Shown here: one piece after another, positions 1 to 8,407 of the stretch
Position numbering within the stretch: the first letter of the stretch is position 1
How the letters are laid out: each line of letters begins with the position of its first letter
NCBI GenBank assembly: GCA_024654525.1
Contig: JANLHI010000013.1
Coordinates: forward strand, 84,036 to 121,123
DNA from: Patescibacteria group bacterium
GTDB taxonomy: Bacteria > Patescibacteriota > Minisyncoccia > UBA6257 > 2-01-FULL-56-20
Length of the DNA: 37,088 nt
Direction of reading: 5' to 3'
Notes under the pieces: model-generated
Told to the model about the DNA's origin: nothing
The model's database searches: none
Seen by the model: the letters and a program-made list of their open reading frames with translations, nothing else
Position numbers and translations under genes: made by a program

Positions 1-280
1 GAGAGGAGAATTTCTTACGTTCTCTTATTGTATAAGGAATGTTTCTGCCAAGCGGGATTGATTTTAGGAAATTGTGAGACGAAAAGTTTAGATTGTTCAA
101 AAAGACAAAAACTGTTTGGAAAAACATACCGCCCGTATTTGTATATAACTGCAGGAAATAATAAATAACATTGTTCCATCTTCATGAAGTTTGACGGTGT
201 ATTGTATTGTGTCGAACGTTTAGGAGAACTAAAGAGGGCGCTCTTGGTATGTAGTGTATATAACTTGTGGATAACTTCGC

Positions 281-308
281 TTGCGCACAAAATGTGAGCT
301 TTTATACT
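281..308 (+). promoter_or_regulatory. Putative sigma70 promoter (TTGCGC-16-TATACT) 8 nt before the ATG at 317
   Basis: Hexamers at 281-286 and 303-308; no Shine-Dalgarno; a perfect DnaA-box 9-mer (TGTGGATAA) lies at 266-274. Confidence 0.5.
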
Positions 309-316
309 GAAAAATA

Positions 317-2713
317 ATGATCAAATTAAAAATTTCTCGCGCTTTTTACCTTACGTTTGCAGTTTTTTTATTTGCATCGGTGTCTGCGACACATGTTCGC
401 GCACAAAACACCGATCTTCAGACACAGGTTAATGAATTGAAAAGCGAAATGTTATCGCTTCACTCGATTATTAATGAGCTACAAACGGAAATACGATCTC
501 TTATTGCGGGTACTCGAGAAACGACCTGGCGTACTTCAATAGTTACTCCTCCCACCACTCTTCAGAATACGCGAGCAGCACAAGAGTTTTTGAAAAAATA
601 CCCAGATGTATATCCTGAAGGTTTAGTGACGGGGTATTATGGGGATTTGACGAAGGGTGCAATTAAGAAGTTCCAGGAGAAATATGGAACCGACACCGGT
701 AATCAGGACGTTAAAAAATTCTATGATCTTGTGTTTGGGGGAGCTCCCTTCTCTTTACCGATACCGACTCCCTCCTCTCCACCGCCTTCTTTAATTACGC
801 CAATACTTGCGAGTACTACCATTGCAACAATATCTTCACCTCCCACACCGGTTGAATGTCCGGTTACTCCAAGTGTGAGTATATGTGCAGGAGGGGAGGA
901 TCGGGTAATGTCATTTGCTTCTGCTGCGTGTGGTACATATTACTCATGCATACCTCGCGGATCAACAATTGCAACTTCATCGTCTCCGGGGGAATTGTCT
1001 ATAACTACTTCAGGATGGCGGAGGATAACATGGGGAAGAGGAGGCTCATCGCTTGTGGCACCGCAAGTGCCTCAAGAAGTGGTTGATGCAAGGCTTCAAG
1101 AAATCGCAAGGTCATGTCCCGATGCGGTCTATTACACCTATGTAAATCCCATTGATGCTTCTCGAGCGGACGCGGGTATTGCGTCGTGCCCGACAACTTC
1201 CTCTGAAGTATCCACGCCTTCAACAGCTCTGTACGGATCTTCAACAGGGTGTGCGCGATACGGCGAAGGGTGGCGTGCGATGGATGCGAGTGGAAACTGT
1301 TTCGATACAGATATGAAAAATTATTATACTGCAGATGGATCGCTGATATCCTGTACTGCGCTCTCTGCTTCCGGGTGTAACGGCGTCACTTCATATGCGG
1401 GAGATGCCAATTCGTGTCCGGGATTTGCGTCGAGCAGATGGGATAATTCGGGAAGCCGGTATTGTGAACTAAATACCGAGCGTAAGTGTGATTACGAATA
1501 TCCCAGTTATCTTACGAATGGTTCAAACTATACAGAAAGCAATTGCCCGGAAGGCACAAGTACTGGCGTCACCTCGGTTGTCACCGGGTTTGCGCCTCGG
1601 TTTAGCGAGCCTTCCGGAGGATGTGGGCAATTTAGTCTCTATCAGTCGCGGTGGATAATACATAGTAATGCCATTGGAGGGTCGTGTGTATCGGGTGAAA
1701 GGCCTGTGAATGTGGTGAGTTCATGTCCTGCGGGGCAATGGCCGAAATGGGATTCAAGTGGATGGCCAACGGGGTGTTCGGGAGATGATTTTTCATCAAC
1801 TTCTCAAACACAAACAAGTTCCACAGGGACACAAACGAGTACGGGTACACAAACGGGATCGACATCGTCAGGAACGGGAACTTCGTATGGTTCATACAAC
1901 GGAGGATATGGAACATCTCCTGCGGGACAGAAAACCCAAGTGTGGAATTCGCTTGGGCTCCAATCATGGATTCGTACTGATGCCGATGTCTCAAGGATTG
2001 AACAGCTAAAGAGTGCATGTACCAATGTGCAGAGCGGTTCAAATATATGGTCATCGGGTGCAGGGGATTCATCAAGTGTTGATTTCGGTATGCCCGATTC
2101 GGCGAAGTGTGTCGCCGCTACGGCGTGTACGAGTGGTCAATATTATAATGGTACTTCATGCGTGAGTGGTAGCTCCGGGATTTATTATGGCGGAAGTACG
2201 ACAAGTGACACAGGAAGTATGCAAAAATGTTTCTATCCGAATGCAACAAAGAATAGCGCCGCTATTGGCTATACCGTATGGTGTGAATCGGATTATGTAA
2301 ATTGTCATGAAGGAAGCGAAAGTGGAGCCTCAATTTCTTTAGAAGGTGTTTCACTTGGTTCTCCTTCTTCATGCGAGACCGGGTGGAGCGGAGGTCCGAG
2401 CGGTTATTGTAACAGCAATAACTACTGCGACTCTTGGGAAAGTGCCACGTCATGCCCGTCAGAATGTAGCGGTTCGAGTAGTAGTGGGAGCGGTTCAGGC
2501 AATTATGGTTATTGCGAAGCATATGCGACGCAAGATACATGTACCGTACAGTCGAACTGTTACTGGCAGGCAGGAGCAGGAGGCAATTATTGTTATTACT
2601 CTTCTACACCCCCCTCATCATCGATTCCCAACGATCGCGCATCACAGTTTGGGACAATATTAGAATCAATGAGGGCAGTGATCGAAAAAATTCAAAGTGT
2701 ATTCGGACAGTAA
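317..2713 (+). CDS. Large secreted Cys/Ser/Thr/Gly-rich surface protein with a peptidoglycan-binding-like domain
   Basis: N-terminal signal peptide (..ATHVRA/Q), coiled coil, PG_binding_1-like segment (AQEFLKKYPDVYPEGLVTGYYGDLTKGAIKKFQEKYG), Pro-rich linker, about 34 Cys in paired modules, S/T/G linkers and a C-terminal amphipathic helix. Confidence 0.8.
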   Translation: MIKLKISRAFYLTFAVFLFASVSATHVRAQNTDLQTQVNELKSEMLSLHSIINELQTEIRSLIAGTRETTWRTSIVTPPTTLQNTRAAQEFLKKYPDVYPEGLVTGYYGDLTKGAIKKFQEKYGTDTGNQDVKKFYDLVFGGAPFSLPIPTPSSPPPSLITPILASTTIATISSPPTPVECPVTPSVSICAGGEDRVMSFASAACGTYYSCIPRGSTIATSSSPGELSITTSGWRRITWGRGGSSLVAPQVPQEVVDARLQEIARSCPDAVYYTYVNPIDASRADAGIASCPTTSSEVSTPSTALYGSSTGCARYGEGWRAMDASGNCFDTDMKNYYTADGSLISCTALSASGCNGVTSYAGDANSCPGFASSRWDNSGSRYCELNTERKCDYEYPSYLTNGSNYTESNCPEGTSTGVTSVVTGFAPRFSEPSGGCGQFSLYQSRWIIHSNAIGGSCVSGERPVNVVSSCPAGQWPKWDSSGWPTGCSGDDFSSTSQTQTSSTGTQTSTGTQTGSTSSGTGTSYGSYNGGYGTSPAGQKTQVWNSLGLQSWIRTDADVSRIEQLKSACTNVQSGSNIWSSGAGDSSSVDFGMPDSAKCVAATACTSGQYYNGTSCVSGSSGIYYGGSTTSDTGSMQKCFYPNATKNSAAIGYTVWCESDYVNCHEGSESGASISLEGVSLGSPSSCETGWSGGPSGYCNSNNYCDSWESATSCPSECSGSSSSGSGSGNYGYCEAYATQDTCTVQSNCYWQAGAGGNYCYYSSTPPSSSIPNDRASQFGTILESMRAVIEKIQSVFGQ

Positions 2714-2744
2714 TTCTATAATTTTGTAGGGCGTATGCAGTGCA

Positions 2745-2789
2745 ACTCATTTCTCCGCTATTTTTTTGATAGCGGAGTATGAGTTTTTT
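2745..2789 (+). terminator. Intrinsic terminator after the surface-protein gene
   Basis: ACTCATTTCTCCGCTAT / ATAGCGGAGTATGAGT near-perfect inverted repeat followed by a T-tract. Confidence 0.75.
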
Positions 2790-2946
2790 GTATGCTCTTA
2801 GTTTTAGTGTGATAGTTATACACTTTGCACGAACTTACTTTACACGAAAATCTTGACTGCACTCCACCCCTCCTTTTTTTCTGGGGGAATGAATGAGGGT
2901 ATTCGCAGATTCGTATCGTAGACTGATTAGTATTTATAAAAAATAA

Positions 2947-2997
2947 TTGACACACTATCGTCTACTTTGATAATATATCAATATATATTGATATATT
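2947..2997 (+). promoter_or_regulatory. arsR promoter with an overlapping perfect 26-bp palindromic operator
   Basis: TTGACA at 2947-2952, GATAAT at 2969-2974; palindrome AATATATCAATAT|ATATTGATATATT at 2972-2997 just before the arsR ATG, as is typical of ArsR/SmtB operators. Confidence 0.75.
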
Positions 2998-3000
2998 TTT

Positions 3001-3303
3001 ATGAAAATCAAACAAAAAGACACCCTCTTAAACATGTTTAAGACTCTAAGCGAAATAGCCCGCCTTGATATAGTTTTGCTCCTCACCTCGGGTGAAAAAT
3101 GCGTCTGTGAGATATTTAAAAACCTAAAACTTCCGCAAAATCTTGTTTCGCACCATTTGAGAATTTTACGACAAAGTGGCTTAATCATAAATCGCAAGCA
3201 AGGAAAATGGGTTCACTATTCTCTCAACAGAAAAAATATTAAAGAATTGCAAAAATTATTAACGAAGATCGGCACGGCTAAAGAAAAACCGCCAAAATAT
3301 TAG
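3001..3303 (+). CDS. arsR: ArsR/SmtB family metalloregulator
   Basis: EKCVCEI alpha3 Cys motif, SHHLRILRQSGLI HTH segment and RKQGKWVHYSL wing. Confidence 0.92.
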   Translation: MKIKQKDTLLNMFKTLSEIARLDIVLLLTSGEKCVCEIFKNLKLPQNLVSHHLRILRQSGLIINRKQGKWVHYSLNRKNIKELQKLLTKIGTAKEKPPKY

Positions 3304-3336
3304 TTGTTATTTAGTAATTACTGTAGTTCAAACACT

Positions 3337-3618
3337 ATGGCAACATATACATATATATGTTCAGGATGTGGAAATGTTTTCGACATTGAAGCAACGGTTC
3401 AAGAGAAAGAGGAGGGAAAAAGCGAAAAATTTATTTGCCCGAAATGTCAGTCGAAGGATATCAAGCAGAAATTTTCTGCCGGTAATTTTATTAAAAATGT
3501 TTTTCAGACGAATAAAAAGGGCGGTGGGTGTTGTTTCGGTGGAAATACTTGCGGGGCCGGTTGTAAGCAGGAAGAGAAAGACAAAAAGACAACCAGTAAT
3601 GGGGGCTGTTGCGGATAA
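3337..3618 (+). CDS. FmdB-like zinc-ribbon protein with a Cys-rich C-terminal tail
   Basis: MATYTYICSGCG...CPKCQS zinc ribbon; tail GGGCCFGGNTCGAGC...GGCCG; start taken at ATG 3337. Confidence 0.8.
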   Translation: MATYTYICSGCGNVFDIEATVQEKEEGKSEKFICPKCQSKDIKQKFSAGNFIKNVFQTNKKGGGCCFGGNTCGAGCKQEEKDKKTTSNGGCCG

Positions 3619-3633
3619 AATCCGCAAAAGTAT

Positions 3634-4593
3634 ATGATTCAACAATTCGCAGACTGGCTTATTTATTCCGTATTAAATTTTGATCCTGCCTCAAAATTAG
3701 GGAGCAGTATCAATTTTTTTGTATATGACACGGTAAAAATCTATTTGTTGATTTTAGTTATTATCGGAGTTATTGCGTTTATCCGGACATTTCTGCCACC
3801 GCATAAAATCAAAGAGCTGTTTTCAAGGCAAAGGTTTGGAATGGGAAATCTTTCGGCTTCAATACTCGGCGCGGTCACTCCTTTTTGTTCTTGCTCGTCT
3901 ATCCCCGTATTTGTGGGTCTTTTGAAAGCGGAAATGCCTTTGGGGATAGCATTCTCTTTTATCATAACTTCTCCTCTGGTTAATGAGGTTATTTTTGTTT
4001 TAATGGGAGGAACCTTTGGGTGGAAGATTGCTACCATCTACGCCTTGTTTGGAATTGCTTTGGGAGTTATCGCGGGAATGATTATCGGGAGAATGAAATT
4101 GGATAAAGAAATACTTTTGAAGTTTGATGATGCTACGGGAGAAAAGTTATCTCTTGAATATCTTCCCAAAAGTATTGAGGGTAAGATTCAATACTCGCTT
4201 CAAGAAGGTGTTGCCACCTTTAAAAAACTTTGGCTGGTTATTGCTATCGGGGTGGGAATAGGCGCCGTGATACATGGATATGTTCCGGCGGAATTTTTTG
4301 AACAATATCTCAATATTAATTCTTTGTTAGCCGTCCCCATTGCCACATTAGTGGGAATACCAATTTATGCGGGATGTTCCACCCTCGTACCGGTAGTATT
4401 CGCTTTGGTCGGACAAGGAATACCTCTCGGTACAGCTCTTGCTTTTATGATGTCCATTGCCGGACTATCTTTGCCTGAGGCGATTATGCTCAAAAAAGTA
4501 ATGACCGCCAAATTGCTCGCACTATTCTTTGGAGTGGTTGCTGTAGGAATTATTTTGATTGGTTATTTATTTAATTTTTTATTAGTGACGTAG
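3634..4593 (+). CDS. ArsP/DUF318 family permease
   Basis: Multi-TM protein with TPFCSCSSIP, SPLVNE and GLSLPE motifs; co-oriented with arsR. Confidence 0.88.
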   Translation: MIQQFADWLIYSVLNFDPASKLGSSINFFVYDTVKIYLLILVIIGVIAFIRTFLPPHKIKELFSRQRFGMGNLSASILGAVTPFCSCSSIPVFVGLLKAEMPLGIAFSFIITSPLVNEVIFVLMGGTFGWKIATIYALFGIALGVIAGMIIGRMKLDKEILLKFDDATGEKLSLEYLPKSIEGKIQYSLQEGVATFKKLWLVIAIGVGIGAVIHGYVPAEFFEQYLNINSLLAVPIATLVGIPIYAGCSTLVPVVFALVGQGIPLGTALAFMMSIAGLSLPEAIMLKKVMTAKLLALFFGVVAVGIILIGYLFNFLLVT

Positions 4594-4695
4594 AACGAGA
4601 GAAAGAATGATGGCGGTCATCATTATCTCATTACTATTCCTCTTTACGCGGGATATTAGAGGAGCAACGGACACGGACGGGGCTGTACGAAATAT

Positions 4696-5694
4696 TTAAA
4701 ACCAATTAAAGAGCTTCGCGAGGAAGAGAACGTACAACGAAAGATAGAACATGCCTTCCCATAAGTGTATCTGCCTTGAGATTCCGGAGATGACAAAAAG
4801 AAGCGTAGCGAAGCCCATTGCGGGGAGACCTATTAAGAATGTTTGGCTGTCCACGGGAAGTGTGCCGAGTAACCCCGGAAGGCCGATCACCACCATGCCG
4901 TTGAAGACGTTGGAACCGAAGATGTTGCCGAGCGCAACTTCAGACTTCTTCAGCAAGGCGGCTTTCGCCGAGACCAAGAGTTCCGGAAGCGATGTGCCGA
5001 CGGCGACTGCGGTGATGGCGATGACGCCGGTGCCGATATCAAGCATTGTCGAGAGATTCACCAAAGCATCAATGAGATATTTCGCGCCGATGACAAGTCC
5101 TAAGATGCCGATAATGAGCAACGCAATATCTTTGACGGTGATTTTTTGCGGGACCAATGCTTCCTGTTCGTGCGCGACGATATGCCCTTTTCGCTCCACA
5201 CGGGACGACAGGACTTCGGTAATGCCGGCCGCTTCATGGTCAATATCCTTGTGCATCACCGTGTAAAGCAGGTAGATGCCGTAGGTTACGAGAAGCAGAA
5301 TAGATTCGCCCAAAGTTACCTGCATGTCCCACGCGACGCCAAGCAGAAGCACGGTGCTGATGGAGAGGAGCGGTAAGTCGAGATCAATAAGGCTCTTTGT
5401 TACGACTAGGCGTTTACCGATGACCGCCGAGATACCTACGATAAGAAGGATGTTCGCGATATTAGAACCGACGGCATTCGCCACGACGACATCGGGAACT
5501 CCCTTAAACGCGGCGACGAACGAAGAGATGAGTTCGGGGAAAGACGTACCGACACCGACGATTGTAACGCCCACGATGAACGGCGAAAGACCCATGGCAA
5601 GGCCGATTTTTTCGGCGCTCACGATGAGCCAATCCGCTCCCTTAACGAGGAGCGCGAGAGATAAGATGAAAACGACTATCCAAAAGATGAGCAT
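4696..5694 (-). CDS. Calcium/sodium antiporter (YrbG/CaCA family)
   Basis: Two alpha repeats GTSFPE...GSNIAN and GTSLPE...GSNVFN; about 10 TM helices. Confidence 0.93.
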   Translation of the reverse strand: MLIFWIVVFILSLALLVKGADWLIVSAEKIGLAMGLSPFIVGVTIVGVGTSFPELISSFVAAFKGVPDVVVANAVGSNIANILLIVGISAVIGKRLVVTKSLIDLDLPLLSISTVLLLGVAWDMQVTLGESILLLVTYGIYLLYTVMHKDIDHEAAGITEVLSSRVERKGHIVAHEQEALVPQKITVKDIALLIIGILGLVIGAKYLIDALVNLSTMLDIGTGVIAITAVAVGTSLPELLVSAKAALLKKSEVALGNIFGSNVFNGMVVIGLPGLLGTLPVDSQTFLIGLPAMGFATLLFVISGISRQIHLWEGMFYLSLYVLFLAKLFNWF

Positions 5695-5797
5695 ACGTTA
5701 GTGAGATGTATACCTTGATATGAGTAAAAGCCATACCACTATAGCACCGCCTGAGATAACAGGCTAGAAATTATAGAGCAACTCTCCGTGTGTGGCA

Positions 5798-6958
5798 TTA
5801 TTCTCCTATTTTTTGTCCCCCTGCTTTTTTTAAAATATCTGAATCAAAGATATATGTTGTTTTTTGTTGTGAAACAAAACGTTTTTCTGCGAACGCAATT
5901 AATTTAGTAACAAGTTCTACTCCCGAAACACCAACCTTTTTCCAATTATGATGATAAAGACTTCCCGGAAGGGTGTTTACTTCATTTACATAAACCTGCT
6001 TGGATGATCCATCGACTAGAAAATCAATCCTCGCTATCCCAGAACATCCAAGCGTGCGATACGTTTTCTTTCCTAAATCTTCCACTTGCTTCGCAAGTTC
6101 CCCGTCAATATTTGCTGGAATCTCGCTATATTGACTATTCGCTCCACCACCCTTTTTATTTCCCGAGAGATATTTATCGCTAAAATCAAAAAACTCTGTT
6201 TTGTTTAGTGGTCGTTCTACTGCCGCTAGTTGTAATTCCTCGTTGCCCATAATAGGAAGGGTTATCTCGATAAGATTTTCTACGCTTTCTTCCACAAGTA
6301 CCTTATCATCATAATGAAAAGCAACCTCGATGGCATTTTCAAGTTCAGAATTTTGCTTGACCTTGGTAATAGCAATACTAGAACCAAGATGGACTGGCTT
6401 CACAAAAACCGGCCAATTTAGTTTAGCGATCTTTTCTATCCAAATACTTCTATTTATTTCCCAATCATTTTTTGTGAACCAAACATACGGCACGACCGAA
6501 ATACTTTCGGCGGTCAAAACTTGTTTTGTTAAAACCTTATCCATCGCAACCGCAGAAGCAAATAAGTCGCAACCCACAAAAGGAATGCCCGCCATGCGTA
6601 GAAGACCCATCAAACTCCCGTCTTCACCAAAAGTGCCATGCATGGCAGGAAAAGCAATATCAATTTGAATCGTTTTCGATCTGATCCCCGGCCAAATAAT
6701 TTTTAGTCCATTATCAAACAGAATTTGGACTTTTTTTTGTCTCGCCAAGTATGCCTGAAAATTATCTTGCGTGAAGTACGCAAGGTCGTTCATCGCTTGA
6801 TCGGAATACCATGAGCCATCTTTGGCGATGTAAATCGGCCAAACATCAAATTGTCCCGTTGCGAGAAGGGATTGAATAATGGGTGTATGTGCAGTGATGA
6901 TTGATACATCATGTTCAGCGCTACGACCTCCAAAAATAACCGCGATAGTTTTTTTCAT
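5798..6958 (-). CDS. ddl: D-alanine--D-alanine ligase family (ATP-grasp)
   Basis: FGGRSAEHDVS, HGTFGEDG, AMDK, VKP..LGSS, DKY omega loop, ARIDF and NEVNTLPG motifs. Confidence 0.93.
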   Translation of the reverse strand: MKKTIAVIFGGRSAEHDVSIITAHTPIIQSLLATGQFDVWPIYIAKDGSWYSDQAMNDLAYFTQDNFQAYLARQKKVQILFDNGLKIIWPGIRSKTIQIDIAFPAMHGTFGEDGSLMGLLRMAGIPFVGCDLFASAVAMDKVLTKQVLTAESISVVPYVWFTKNDWEINRSIWIEKIAKLNWPVFVKPVHLGSSIAITKVKQNSELENAIEVAFHYDDKVLVEESVENLIEITLPIMGNEELQLAAVERPLNKTEFFDFSDKYLSGNKKGGGANSQYSEIPANIDGELAKQVEDLGKKTYRTLGCSGIARIDFLVDGSSKQVYVNEVNTLPGSLYHHNWKKVGVSGVELVTKLIAFAEKRFVSQQKTTYIFDSDILKKAGGQKIGE

Positions 6959-6973
6959 AGTATTTATTCTAAA

Positions 6974-8407
6974 TTATTGATATTGATCAGGCCAGTCATT
7001 TTGTAATAACATCACATCACCTTTCACAGTCAAAAGCGGTAAAGCGGCAAAGGCCGCAAGTGCGTCATCAAACCATATCACTTCGCCCTTATATCCCTTT
7101 TCTTTTAAACCTTGTTCAATGTGAGATGTTACAGAATTTTTAATCAAAATAACTTTTTCTATGTTTGCCTCCGCTAATTGTTTGCCAATTTGCTTATGTA
7201 TCTTCTCGGTTCGCAGACCCATTTCTACAAGACCGGGCGTAACATAAAATCTCCGGCAATCTTTCAAAGACGCTAAAAACGCAATTACCGCCTTAACCCC
7301 GTCGGGGTTGCCATTGTAGCTATCATCTAGAGTAATTACCCCGGTAGTATCAGTTTTTGGCTCTAAACGATGATCAAAGGGTATTGTCTTACTGATACCA
7401 TCTCTCACCTGATCGAAAGATAGTCCGAGATTCAAGGCGATTTCAGCAGAGGCCGCAAGGGGGCCGATTTGGTGCAAGCCTAAAAGCGCTGATTTCAATT
7501 CCAGTTTTGCACCATTCTTTGTCAGGGTAAATGATGTTCCAGTCAGGTCAGTTTTCGGATTCTCAATTTTCCAATCTCCTACATGCCCACAATCGTACAT
7601 GATATGACCGGAGCGAGCATTTTTCCGCGCAAGCTCATTTTCGCCATTTACATAAATTGGTTTTTCTCCAAGATAATCTGCAAGTTCGTAAATTGTCTTA
7701 ACCGTTCGTTCCAATGATTTGAATTTTTGTAAGTGTGCCTCATTCACGCCAGTGATAACTCCCATATTTGGCTGAACGAGATCACATAATTTTTGTACGT
7801 CACCCGGATAGTATTCTCCCAATTCAAAAACTAAAATCTCCTCATCTCCCTTCAGTGTTTTTACAAACTGACTAATTCCCAGTAGGGTATTGTAACTGTG
7901 TGGCGGAGCCGCCACTTTTTTTCCTTCAGATAAAACAGTTTTGAGAATTTCGCGCATGGTTGTTTTACCAAAACTTCCCGCAATGCCTATTTTCACGGCA
8001 GTATGGGTTTTTAGTTTTTGTTTCGCCTTGCTAATTATTAAGTACTCAACCGGCCACTGAATTATGATTCTAATGACGAGAAGTGGAATAATTATTCCAT
8101 AAGCTAAAAAATATGGTGAAAAAAGTACAATCAAAAACGGAAAAATATATTTTAGCGAACTTGTGTTAATCCATAGTATGGAAATTGCTGTACCAATAAG
8201 GAAAAAGAGGAAAGCCCATGCAATAACGAGTAGCAAAAGTCCTTTTGCAGTCCTTACAAATCGCTTTCGTTGTTCCACGCGAGTAAAGTTTTTTGTTTTG
8301 TGATACCACACCAAATAATCACGAATGTTGTATTCGCTCGCTTGAAGCATATACACGAGAAATCGTGGGTAGCGTAAGTTGTAGCGTGATAGCCAATTTT
8401 TTATCAT
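6974..8407 (-). CDS. murF: MurF-like Mur ligase with N-terminal transmembrane helices
   Basis: GIAGSFGKTT P-loop, SYNT..G, DDSYNGNP and PGLVEMG motifs; hydrophobic N-terminal region in place of the usual N-domain. Confidence 0.82.
   Translation of the reverse strand: MIKNWLSRYNLRYPRFLVYMLQASEYNIRDYLVWYHKTKNFTRVEQRKRFVRTAKGLLLLVIAWAFLFFLIGTAISILWINTSSLKYIFPFLIVLFSPYFLAYGIIIPLLVIRIIIQWPVEYLIISKAKQKLKTHTAVKIGIAGSFGKTTMREILKTVLSEGKKVAAPPHSYNTLLGISQFVKTLKGDEEILVFELGEYYPGDVQKLCDLVQPNMGVITGVNEAHLQKFKSLERTVKTIYELADYLGEKPIYVNGENELARKNARSGHIMYDCGHVGDWKIENPKTDLTGTSFTLTKNGAKLELKSALLGLHQIGPLAASAEIALNLGLSFDQVRDGISKTIPFDHRLEPKTDTTGVITLDDSYNGNPDGVKAVIAFLASLKDCRRFYVTPGLVEMGLRTEKIHKQIGKQLAEANIEKVILIKNSVTSHIEQGLKEKGYKGEVIWFDDALAAFAALPLLTVKGDVMLLQNDWPDQYQ

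Noticed and set aside
266-274. Replication origin suggested by a DnaA box and nearby parAB
   Set aside because: The boxes are isolated, with no cluster, no clear DUE and no dnaA in the window.
1-290. ORF 15..290 (-) and other open frames at the left edge
   Set aside because: No recognisable motifs, and the region holds promoter-like elements for the 317 gene; it cannot be supported as coding.
2822-2848. Direct repeat ACTTTGCACGAA / ACTTTACACGAA
   Set aside because: Only two copies with a 3-nt gap; not a CRISPR array and unrelated to the tRNA 3' end, so not an att site. It may be a minor operator.
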